A DNA stretch of 32,000 bases from NCBI RefSeq assembly GCF_000012905.2, contig NC_007493.2, positions 1,260,001-1,292,000 on the forward strand. The letters run 5' to 3'. This document shows positions 16,269-23,623 of the stretch, one piece after another; the first letter of the stretch is position 1, and each line of letters opens with the position of its first letter. The notes under the pieces are model-generated. The model did no database searches. It worked only from the letters and a program-made list of their open reading frames with translations, and had not been told where the DNA came from. Source of the stretch: Cereibacter sphaeroides 2.4.1. Lineage in GTDB: Bacteria; Pseudomonadota; Alphaproteobacteria; Rhodobacterales; Rhodobacteraceae. Both the position numbers and the translations under genes were made by a program.

Positions 16269-16296
16269 AAAAGCCCGGCGCACTCCCGCGCCGGGC
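16269..16296 (-). terminator. Rho-independent terminator after ilvH
   Basis: A 9-bp stem GCCCGGCGC (16273-16281) pairs with GCGCCGGGC (16288-16296). AAAA at 16269-16272 on the plus strand gives a U-run on the minus-strand RNA. It lies about 20 nt past the ilvH stop. Confidence 0.5.
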
Positions 16297-16316
16297 CTCG
16301 TTCCCACCGGCGCGCT

Positions 16317-16877
16317 TCAGATCCCGCGCGAGAGCGCCGCAACGCCGGTCCGCGCCATCTCGCGCAGGCCCAGCGGCCGCATGAGATCGGCCAGAGCGTC
16401 GATCTTCTCCGGCGTGCCGGTGATCTCGAACACGAAGCTCTCCAGCGTCGAATCGACCACCTTGGCGCGGAAGATCTCCGCCAGCCGCAGCGCCTCGATC
16501 CGCGCCTCGCCCTTGCCGGAGACCTTGAACAGCGCCAGTTCGCGCTGCACCGAGGGGCCTTCCACCGTCAGGTCGTGCACCTCATGCACCGGCACCAGAC
16601 GCGCCAGCTGCGCCTTGATCTGCTCGATCACCGCGGGCGTGCCGCGGGTGACGATGGTGATGCGGCTGCGGTGGCCGGTATGGTCCACCTCGGCCACGGT
16701 CAGGCTGTCGATGTTGTAGCCGCGGCCCGAGAAGAGCCCGATCACCCGCGCGAGAACCCCGCTCTCGTTGTCCACCACGAGCGCCAGCGTATGCTGCTCG
16801 ATGACGTCCGAATTGGGGTCGCGCAGATCGTAGGCCGAATGCTGGGTCGATCCCTGCTTGATGTTGAGCGGCGCCAT
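16317..16877 (-). CDS. ilvH: Acetolactate synthase small (regulatory) subunit
   Basis: Starts MAPLNIKQGST (ATG 16877, GGGAG 8 nt upstream). It has the ACT domain HTLALVVDNESGVLARVIGLFSGRGYNIDSLTV. Equivalent to ilvN in some annotations. Confidence 0.93.
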   Translation of the reverse strand: MAPLNIKQGSTQHSAYDLRDPNSDVIEQHTLALVVDNESGVLARVIGLFSGRGYNIDSLTVAEVDHTGHRSRITIVTRGTPAVIEQIKAQLARLVPVHEVHDLTVEGPSVQRELALFKVSGKGEARIEALRLAEIFRAKVVDSTLESFVFEITGTPEKIDALADLMRPLGLREMARTGVAALSRGI

Positions 16878-16897
16878 GCGTCCGTCTCCCTGATCCT

Positions 16898-16927
16898 GTT
16901 TCATTCTGGCGGAAATATCCCCGGGGG
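16898..16927. repeat. Solo copy of the TTTCATTCTGG-N3-AAATATCCCCG interspersed repeat (ilvI-ilvH spacer)
   Basis: GTTTCATTCTGGCGGAAATATCCCCGGGGG matches the terminal repeats at 27589-27625 and 27751-27787 at 22 of the 25 core positions. It is an AT-rich island in a GC-rich spacer. Confidence 0.55.
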
Positions 16928-16959
16928 TGCGGGGGCAGGCAGCCCCCGTCTCCGCCGGT

Positions 16960-18714
16960 TCAGACAAGCACCGCCCCCTTGGCGCCGATGGCGCCCTCGG
17001 TCTCGGCATCGCCCAGCAGCATCTCGTTGTGCGGCCGCCCCGAGGGGATCATCGGGAAGCAGTTCTCGTGCTTCTCGACGAGGCAGTCGAACACCACCGG
17101 CCCGTCATAGGCGATCATCTCGCGGATCGCATCGTCGAGATCGGCCGGATCCGCGCACTGGATGCCCTTGGCCCCGAAGGCCTCGGCGAGCTTCACGAAG
17201 TCGGGCAGGCTCTCGCTCCAGGATTGCGAATAGCGCTGGCCGTGCAGAAGCTGCTGCCACTGCCGCACCATGCCGAGCCGCTCGTTGTTCAGGATGAACT
17301 GCTTCACCGGCAGGCGGAACTGCATCGCCGTGCCGATCTCCTGCATGTTCATCAGGAACGAGGCGTCGCCCGCGATATTGATGACCAGCGCCTCGGGATG
17401 GGCCACCTGCACGCCGATCGAGGCGGGCAGGCCGTAGCCCATGGTTCCGAGCCCGCCCGAGGTCATCCAGCGGTTCGGGCCCTCGAAGCCCAGGAACTGC
17501 GCCGCCCACATCTGATGCTGGCCCACTTCGGTGGTGATGTAGCGGTCCATCCCCTTCGTCAGCGCCTCGAGCCGCTGCAGCGCATGCTGCGGCTTGATGA
17601 GCTTCGAGGAGGGCGCGTAGTCGAGGCAGTTCACCGCCTTCCATTCGGCGATCTGCTTCCACCACTCGGCCAAGGCCTCGCGGTTCACCTTGCGCCCGCG
17701 CGACTTCCACAGGCGCAGCGCATCCTCGAGCACATGGCCCACGTCGCCGATGATCGGCACGTCCGCCCGGATCACCTTGTTGATCGAGGAGGGATCGATG
17801 TCGATATGGACCTTCTGCGAGAAGGGCGAGAAATCCTTCACCCGGCCGGTGATCCGGTCGTCGAAGCGCGCGCCCACATTGATCATCAGGTCACAGCCGT
17901 GCATCGCGAGGTTGGCCTCGTAGAGGCCGTGCATCCCGAGCATCCCCAGCCAGCCCTTGCCGCTGGCCGGATAGGCCCCGAGCCCCATCAGGGTCGAGGT
18001 GATCGGGAAGCCCGTCGCATCGACGAACTCGCGCAAGAGCTGGCTGGCCGCGCTGCCCGAGTTGATGACGCCGCCGCCGGTGTAGAAGACCGGCCGCTCG
18101 GCGGTCTCGATCAGCTCGACCATGCGCGTGATGGCCTCGATGTCGCCCTTCACCTTCGGCTGGTAATGATCGACCCGCGCCTTCTGCGGCGGCTGGTAGG
18201 TCGCGGTCGCGAACTGAACATCCTTCGGGATGTCGACCAGCACCGGCCCCGGCCGGCCGTGGGTCGCCACATGGAAGGCCTGATGGATCGTCTCGGCGAG
18301 CCTGGCCGTGTCCTTCACCAGCCAGTTGTGCTTGGTGCAGGGGCGGGTGATGCCCACCGTATCGGCCTCCTGGAAGCCGTCGGTGCCGATCATGAAGGTG
18401 GGGACCTGACCCGAGAGGACGACGAGCGGGATCGAATCCATCAGCGCATCGACGAGGCCGGTGACGGCATTCGTGGCGCCGGGGCCGGAGGTGACGAGGA
18501 CGACGCCCGGCTTGCCCGTCGAGCGCGCATAGCCCTCGGCCATATGGACCGCGCCCTGTTCGTGCCGCACGAGGATGTGCCGGATGTCGTTCTGCTGGAA
18601 GATCTCGTCGTAGATCGGCAGCACGGCACCGCCCGGATAGCCGAACACCGTGTCCACCCCCTGATCCTTCAGGGCCTGGACCACCATCCGCGCGCCGCTC
18701 ATCACCTCGGTCAT
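16960..18714 (-). CDS. ilvI: Acetolactate synthase large (catalytic) subunit, biosynthetic type
   Basis: It has ThDP/FAD enzyme motifs (GYPGGAVLPIYD, GGLGTMGYGLPASIG...GDASFLMN). The preferred start is MTEVMSGARMVV at 18714, preceded by GGAGAGAGAG. In-frame alternatives exist at 18726 and 18702. The track start at 18810 runs into the leader region. Equivalent to ilvB. Confidence 0.95.
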   Translation of the reverse strand: MTEVMSGARMVVQALKDQGVDTVFGYPGGAVLPIYDEIFQQNDIRHILVRHEQGAVHMAEGYARSTGKPGVVLVTSGPGATNAVTGLVDALMDSIPLVVLSGQVPTFMIGTDGFQEADTVGITRPCTKHNWLVKDTARLAETIHQAFHVATHGRPGPVLVDIPKDVQFATATYQPPQKARVDHYQPKVKGDIEAITRMVELIETAERPVFYTGGGVINSGSAASQLLREFVDATGFPITSTLMGLGAYPASGKGWLGMLGMHGLYEANLAMHGCDLMINVGARFDDRITGRVKDFSPFSQKVHIDIDPSSINKVIRADVPIIGDVGHVLEDALRLWKSRGRKVNREALAEWWKQIAEWKAVNCLDYAPSSKLIKPQHALQRLEALTKGMDRYITTEVGQHQMWAAQFLGFEGPNRWMTSGGLGTMGYGLPASIGVQVAHPEALVINIAGDASFLMNMQEIGTAMQFRLPVKQFILNNERLGMVRQWQQLLHGQRYSQSWSESLPDFVKLAEAFGAKGIQCADPADLDDAIREMIAYDGPVVFDCLVEKHENCFPMIPSGRPHNEMLLGDAETEGAIGAKGAVLV

Positions 18715-18759
18715 CTCTCTCTCCATCCTTGCCGCCTCGGGCGGCGCGATCCGCGCAAC

Positions 18760-18787
18760 AAAAAGCCCCCGGGGTTCACTCGGGGGC
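18760..18787 (-). terminator. Intrinsic terminator (attenuator) in the ilvI leader
   Basis: The minus-strand RNA reads GCCCCCG-AGUGAACCC-CGGGGGC followed by UUUUUG. The stem is 18781-18787 with 18765-18771 and the A-run is 18760-18764 on the plus strand. It lies 45 nt upstream of the ilvI start and downstream of the leader ORF. Confidence 0.6.
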
Positions 18788-18813
18788 GCATGGGAACCGA
18801 TTATGGTCAACCG

Positions 18814-18861
18814 TCACCGGCCCATGCGCAGCATTCCTACAAGAAGTACGACACCAGACAT
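18814..18861 (-). CDS. Putative ilv leader peptide MSGVVLLVGMLRMGR
   Basis: ATG is at 18861-18859 with GGAGG 7 nt upstream, and TGA at 18816-18814. Five consecutive Val/Leu codons (GTC GTA CTT CTT GTA) use codons that are rare in this GC-rich genome. Confidence 0.55.
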   Translation of the reverse strand: MSGVVLLVGMLRMGR

Positions 18862-18889
18862 TTCCGGGCCTCCGTTGCGGTCGGGCCGG

Positions 18890-18918
18890 ACACTAGGCGG
18901 TGCCCGACCCACCGTCAA
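18890..18918 (-). promoter_or_regulatory. Possible sigma70-type promoter for the ilv leader (TTGACG-N17-TAGTGT)
   Basis: The reverse complement of 18913-18918 is TTGACG and of 18890-18895 is TAGTGT, with a 17-nt spacer, about 30 nt upstream of the leader ATG. This is a motif match only. Confidence 0.3.
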
Positions 18919-19020
18919 TGGCAAATCGGCGAAGAAAGTGTCGCAGAGGGTCGGATGGCCGCACATTTGTTTCTCTATTTCCCCGCGGGCCGAAACAAAC
19001 GGAAATCCGGGGCACCCGCG

Positions 19021-19938
19021 TCAGAGCATCAGCGCCACATAGCCCCCGTAGGCCGCCAGCAGCAGCGCCCCGGCCCAGCGGGGCACGCCCTTGAGCGCAA
19101 AGGCCAGGAGCACGAGAAGGAGCGAGCAGCCCAGAACCCAGGGCATGTCCTCGCGCAGGAAGCGCGGGTCGAGCCCCTGGATCGGCAGGACGAGCCCGGT
19201 GATTCCGAGGATCCCCAGCACGTTGAAGATGTTCGATCCGATCACGTTGCCGACGGCGATCTCGGAATGCTTGCGCCAGGCCGCGATGGCCGAAGTGGCC
19301 AGTTCGGGTAGCGACGTGCCGACCGCGACGATGGTCAGGCCGATCACCGCCTCGGAGATGCCGAAGGAGCGGGCGATCTGGGTCGAGCTGTCCACGAGAA
19401 GCCGCGCGCCCACCATCAGCACCACGAGCCCGCCGAGCGTGATGAGCGCCGACTTCCAGACCGGCGTCAGCGCCTCGGGGTCGGTCTCCTCCTCCTCGGT
19501 GCGCCCGGAGAGGAAGGACGAGACGAGAAAGCCTATGAGCGCCGCCACCAGCACGCCCGCCTCGATCCGCGACAGCCCGTCGCCCAGCAGCATGATCCAC
19601 AGAAGGACGGTCGCGCCCACCATGAAGGCCAGATCCTTCCAGACCCGCCGTCCATCGACGGCCACCGGATAGATCAGCGCGGTGAGGCCGAGGATCAGGA
19701 GGATGTTGGCAATGTTCGAGCCGAGAACGTTTCCGACCGCGATGGAGGAGGCGCCGTCGAGCGCCGCGTTGAGCGAGACCAGAAGCTCGGGCGTCGAGGT
19801 TCCGAAGCCCACGATGGTCAGGCCGATGACCATGGGGCTGATCCGGTAGGACCGCGCGACATTGGCCGCACCCCGCACCAGAAATTCGCCTCCGAAGAAA
19901 AGGCCTAGAAGGCCCGCGACAAACAGGATGTAGACCAA
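19021..19938 (-). CDS. Calcium/sodium (CaCA family, YrbG-like) antiporter
   Basis: Polytopic membrane protein with the two alpha-repeat motifs GFGTSTPEL and AVGTSLPEL. The proposed start is TTG 19938 (LVYILFVAGLLG...), preceded by GAGGAG 6 nt upstream. The track ORF start at 20247 adds a non-membrane, Arg/Pro-rich extension. Confidence 0.88.
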   Translation of the reverse strand: MVYILFVAGLLGLFFGGEFLVRGAANVARSYRISPMVIGLTIVGFGTSTPELLVSLNAALDGASSIAVGNVLGSNIANILLILGLTALIYPVAVDGRRVWKDLAFMVGATVLLWIMLLGDGLSRIEAGVLVAALIGFLVSSFLSGRTEEEETDPEALTPVWKSALITLGGLVVLMVGARLLVDSSTQIARSFGISEAVIGLTIVAVGTSLPELATSAIAAWRKHSEIAVGNVIGSNIFNVLGILGITGLVLPIQGLDPRFLREDMPWVLGCSLLLVLLAFALKGVPRWAGALLLAAYGGYVALML

Positions 19939-20220
19939 GATGCACTCCTCTGCTTCCGGGCCGAAGTGGGCAGAGCCGCGGACATTGCAAGAGGAATCCG
20001 CGACGAATGTTTTTCGGTGACGCCGCGTTCGGCGGGAAGGGAGGGAAGGCCATGTCCGGTCACGACCGGACAGATCCCGCGGAACTTGCCGCTGTGTCAC
20101 CGTGGGGTCAGGGCCGGGTGCCGCGTCCGCATCGGGCCGACCGATCCGCCGCGCAGAAGGCGTCGGGAACGTCAGGGGCGGCATCGCTGTCCGGTCCGGC
20201 ACCGGAAGCGGGAGAGCGCG

Positions 20221-20428
20221 TGCCGCGAGCGGCTCCGCGCCCTGCATGAGGCTCGGGAGGCGGTTGCTGCAAGCGGATCCTGCGCTCTGCAGGGGACTCC
20301 GGGAGGCGATTGCCGCGAGCGATCCTTCCGCCCTGCAAGAGGCTGGGGAGACGCTTGCCGCGAGCGTCGGGTTGCGCTGTGCAGGAGAGCCGGGGAGGCG
20401 TTCGCTGCCAGCGGCCCCTGCGCGCCGT
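20221..20428. repeat. Tandem repeat array, period ~45 bp, about 4.5 well-conserved units (degenerate units extend left to ~20131)
   Basis: Units start at 20221, 20265, 20311, 20356 and 20402, each with the blocks TGCCGCGAGCG ... CTGCA ... GGGAGGCG-TT. Unit lengths of 44/46/45/46 are not in a constant reading frame. Confidence 0.8.
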
Positions 20429-21270
20429 CAGTCGCGGCTGCGGTCGCCCGAGCGCGCCTCGGGCAGGCTGATCCGCGCCACCTGTTCGGCGATCGGATCG
20501 ACGCTCAGCGGATGCAGCTCGGCGCGATGGTCGGAGGGTTGGCCGATGGCCTGCCAGCGGCCGCCCTTGTAGATCTCGAGCGCCGAATAGGTGGCCTTGT
20601 AGCCCATCTTGCGGCTGCCGGGCACCCAGTAGCCGAGATAGACATAGGGCAGGCCCGCCTCGCGCGCGATCTCGATATGGTCGAGGATCACATAGGCCCC
20701 CAGCGACCGGCCCGCGAGGTCCGGATCGTAGAAGGAATAGACCATGCTCAGCCCGTCGTCGAAGATGTCCGTCAGGCAGACGGCCGAGAGCGGGCGGTTG
20801 GAGGGCGTGTCGCCCGGGCGCGAATATTCGATGACGCGCGAGCGGATCGGCGTCTCCTCGATCATCGCCGCGAATTCGAAGATATCCATGTCGGCCATGC
20901 CGCCATCGGCGTGCCGGTCGTCGAGGTAGCGCCGGAACAGCGCATACTGGTCCTCGGTGGCCCAGGGGCTGGTGGCATTGCGCCTGAGGTCGGCATTGCG
21001 CTTCATCACCCGGCGCTGGGTGCGCGTGGGCTCGAAATCCGCCACGCGGATGCGCGCCGAGAGGCAGGCCGAACATTCGGCGCAGGACGGCCGGTAGAGC
21101 ACGTTCTGCGACCGCCGGAAGCCCTGCTTCGACAGGGTGTCGTTCAGCTTCTGGGCATGTTCGCCCTGAAGTGCGGTGAACAGCTTCCGCTCCAGCCGCC
21201 CCTCGAGATAGGGGCAGGACTGCGGGGCCGTCACATAGAACTGGGGCGCGATGGGAAGCGTGTGGCGCAT
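20428..21270 (-). CDS. bpt: Arginyl-tRNA--protein transferase family (bacterial Bpt, aspartate/glutamate leucyltransferase)
   Basis: 280-aa ORF with CPYLEGR...[16 protein letters not shown]-terminal ATE motifs and a C-terminal SMVYSFYDP...YVYLGYWV domain. Confidence 0.92.
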   Translation of the reverse strand: MRHTLPIAPQFYVTAPQSCPYLEGRLERKLFTALQGEHAQKLNDTLSKQGFRRSQNVLYRPSCAECSACLSARIRVADFEPTRTQRRVMKRNADLRRNATSPWATEDQYALFRRYLDDRHADGGMADMDIFEFAAMIEETPIRSRVIEYSRPGDTPSNRPLSAVCLTDIFDDGLSMVYSFYDPDLAGRSLGAYVILDHIEIAREAGLPYVYLGYWVPGSRKMGYKATYSALEIYKGGRWQAIGQPSDHRAELHPLSVDPIAEQVARISLPEARSGDRSRD

Positions 21271-21376
21271 GGACGGCTCTTTGCTGGATTGCCGGATACG
21301 TTAGCAAGGCCTCCGGGCGGCGCCAAGGTCCCTGTTGCCGCCCGGGCCGGTCAAATGCGCGACAGCTTGCCCGCCC

Positions 21377-21829
21377 TCACTCGCCGGCCGCCCGGTTGAT
21401 GGCCACGCTGCCCAAGACGAGGTCCGTCAGGCCCTGCGCCCGCGCGGTCGTCAGCATCAGCACCACCGAGACGATCTGCGGCAGGACCATGCCGATCGAG
21501 ACCGTGTAGCCCAGCGTGTGCAGGAAGGCGTCGGGCAGGCCGAAGGGGCGCCCCTCGTGCGTGCGCAACCGGATCGCCATCAGCCGCATCCCGGGCGTGG
21601 CCGAACTGCGGGCGAGCGAGACGGTCCGGTAGGCGAAGCCCACGCAGAGAAAGAGAAGCGGCAGGTAGAAGAGCGCGGTGAAGGCCGTGAAGGGCACGAT
21701 CAGCGCGGTCAGGAGCGAGATCAGCACCATGTCGATCACCCAGGCAAGCCCGCGCTTCAGCGGCACGTCGGCATAGAATTCCGCGTGACGGTCGGGATCG
21801 GGCAGGGGGTCTATCCAGGTGTGGCTCAT
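21377..21829 (-). CDS. RDD family membrane protein
   Basis: 150-aa ORF with three hydrophobic segments. N-terminal YADVPLKRGLAWVIDMVLI and C-terminal GLTDLVLGSVAI are typical of RDD-domain proteins. Confidence 0.8.
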   Translation of the reverse strand: MSHTWIDPLPDPDRHAEFYADVPLKRGLAWVIDMVLISLLTALIVPFTAFTALFYLPLLFLCVGFAYRTVSLARSSATPGMRLMAIRLRTHEGRPFGLPDAFLHTLGYTVSIGMVLPQIVSVVLMLTTARAQGLTDLVLGSVAINRAAGE

Positions 21830-22138
21830 CGCAGGTTCCTCTGTGGCGGGAAGCGGCCCCGGGGGCCGCCTCTATGTCGGAGTGCCTTGGCCCCGGCGCA
21901 AGGCCCGGTGCGTCGCGGGAGTGGGGTGGGCCACGATCCTCGCGCATCGCCTGCCTCGGGCCGCCCTATCCTCGGGCGGGCAAGTCGGAGCGCCGTGGCC
22001 CCGCCGCAGGATCCGGGTGCTTCCCGGGGGGCACGATCCCCGGGCAGCGTCAGTCTCGGGCCTTCCCGTCCCCGGGCGGGCATGTCAGGGGCCGCGTCGG
22101 CGGGGAGTGGGGGCGATGCCGCCCCCGCAACGGTTGCC

Positions 22139-22549
22139 TCAGGCCTCGACATCCTCGGCGGGCGTTCCGGCCTTGCGGGCACGATCCTGCATGAAGGCGT
22201 CGAACTCCTGCTTGTCCTTGGCCTCGCGCAGGCGCTGGAGGAAGGATTCGAAGGCGATCTGCTCTTCCTCGAGCCGGCGCAGCGTGTCGGCCTTGTAGGC
22301 GTCGAAGGCGGCGTTGCCGCTGCTGTTCCAGGCCATGGACCGGGACGCGGTGCGACGGGGGCTGCAGGAACGGTTGAACATGCGCTTGCTCCAGATCATG
22401 TAGGCGAGAAGGGCGAGGCCAACGGGCCAGAAGGCGATGAAGCCTGCAACCATCGCGGCGATCCAGGCCGGACGGCCGCGCTCGTCGAGCCAGGCTTCGG
22501 CGCGGCCGGGCCAGGAGGCGAAGCCGGCGCGGGCAGTGGCGGGTATCAT
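22139..22549 (-). CDS. DUF2852 domain-containing protein
   Basis: Starts MIPATARAGF (ATG 22549, GGAG 8 nt upstream). One TM helix (WIAAMVAGFIAFWPVGLALLAYMIW) is followed by SGNAAFDAYKADTLRRLEEEQIAFESFLQRLREAKDKQEFDAFM, the conserved DUF2852 core. Confidence 0.85.
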   Translation of the reverse strand: MIPATARAGFASWPGRAEAWLDERGRPAWIAAMVAGFIAFWPVGLALLAYMIWSKRMFNRSCSPRRTASRSMAWNSSGNAAFDAYKADTLRRLEEEQIAFESFLQRLREAKDKQEFDAFMQDRARKAGTPAEDVEA

Positions 22550-22573
22550 GGGCGATCTCCGTCTGAAAGGTGG

Positions 22574-22592
22574 ATGTGAAGCTCTTTCACAT
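22574..22592. promoter_or_regulatory. Perfect 19-bp palindrome ATGTGAA-GCTCT-TTCACAT (candidate operator, site 1)
   Basis: It has 7-bp perfect inverted arms and is centred 34 nt upstream of the DUF2852 ATG, in an AT-rich island. Confidence 0.45.
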
Positions 22593-22631
22593 TCCTTCAG
22601 ATGGGAAGTTTCCGCCCCTGCGCAAGAGGCG

Positions 22632-22650
22632 ATGTTAAGGTAATTCACAT
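22632..22650. promoter_or_regulatory. Second copy of the same palindrome, ATGTTAA-GGTAA-TTCACAT (site 2)
   Basis: It has the same 7-5-7 architecture with one arm mismatch. Its centre is 58 bp from site 1. Confidence 0.4.
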
Positions 22651-22987
22651 CTTCGGAGGGCGGAGGGCGATATTCTGCCCGAGCGGAACCGGCAGACAGT
22701 GGGCGGACCTTGCCGCGTAGGAGCTGAATGGCTGCCCCACCGGCGGCAGAGACGACCCTTGCGGGCCGAACCGCGCGAGAGCCTCGCGGCGCCGTTCCGG
22801 GCGCACCCCGCAGCGGCGCCGTCGGAATGGGGCTTTTTTCCGGAGCAGGGGCGTCCTCCCCGGCCCGCGTGGGTCCTGTCCGGGACATTGCGCGGTGACC
22901 CAAAGGGGCGCCGATGCGGAGGACGCAGCCGATGTGTCGGGAGGCTGGCGGAGCTGGCGGCCAACCCGTTCGCCCTCCCCGAAACCT

Positions 22988-23458
22988 TCAGACGGTGAAC
23001 TGCCCGATCTGCGCGCCGGTCAGGCGCTGCAGGATGTCGGGAGCCACGGCGAAGATGTGGCGCGGCGTGCCGCCCGCGGCCCAGACTTCGCGAAACTCCA
23101 TCAGCCGCGGGTCGAGCCAGACCGGCAGCGGCACGAGATGACCCACGGGCGCCACGCCGCCGATGGCGAAGCCCGACTGCGCGCGCACCGTGGCCGCATC
23201 TGCCCGCCCGAGCGCCTCACCCGCAAGCGCGCCCGCCTTCTCGACCGAGACCTGATTGCCCCCGGCGGTGAGGAAGAGATGCAGCTGCCCGCTCTCGGCG
23301 CCGAGAAACAGGATCGACTTCACGATCTGGTCGAGCGCACAGCCCGCGGCGGCGGCGGCCTGTTCGGCGGTGCGGGTCTCGGCCGGCATCTCGCGGATCT
23401 CGGCCGCAACGCCCGCCGCCTCCAGCGCGGACCGGACCCGCGCGAGGCTCTTGCTCAT
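22988..23458 (-). CDS. YbaK/EbsC-type aminoacyl-tRNA deacylase (prolyl-tRNA editing domain family)
   Basis: Starts MSKSLARVRSALEAAGV (ATG 23458). It contains VKSILF, GFAIGGVAPVGH and a VWAAGG...F core typical of the YbaK family. The 611-aa track ORF is an artefactual upstream extension antisense to glnE. Confidence 0.88.
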   Translation of the reverse strand: MSKSLARVRSALEAAGVAAEIREMPAETRTAEQAAAAAGCALDQIVKSILFLGAESGQLHLFLTAGGNQVSVEKAGALAGEALGRADAATVRAQSGFAIGGVAPVGHLVPLPVWLDPRLMEFREVWAAGGTPRHIFAVAPDILQRLTGAQIGQFTV

Positions 23459-23623
23459 GTTGTCTCTCTCTCCTGTCTCCGGCGGGCCCGCCCCGCCTGC
23501 CGTTCCCGCAGAGGCGGCATCCGCCGCCCTGCGCCTGCATCCGGGGCTCCCGCCCCCTCTATCGCCCGGCGCCTGCGACCTTTCAAGCCGGGGCAGCCGT
23601 TGACCCGGCGCGGGGCTGCGGCC

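Noticed and set aside
20221-20428. The ~45-bp repeat array considered as a CRISPR array.
   Set aside because: The units are contiguous with no unique spacers, they are degenerate rather than near-identical, and no cas genes or leader are nearby. This is a plain tandem repeat.
22574-22650. The palindromes considered as PpsR/CrtJ (TGT-N12-ACA), CRP/FNR-type (TGTGA-N6-TCACA) or CtrA (TTAA-N7-TTAA) sites.
   Set aside because: Counting gives TGT-N11-ACA and TGTGA-N7-TCACA, an odd-length 19-bp palindrome that does not fit those even-spaced consensus sites. Site 2 has only one TTAA half-site. The sites are left as operators of an unknown factor.
22801-22840. GGGGCTTTTTTCC, a T6 run that could mark the end of a plus-strand sRNA or a terminator.
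   Set aside because: The preceding sequence offers only a 4-bp CCCC/GGGG closure around a loop-less CGGCGCCG palindrome. No plus-strand promoter or gene is evident upstream. The evidence is too weak to call.
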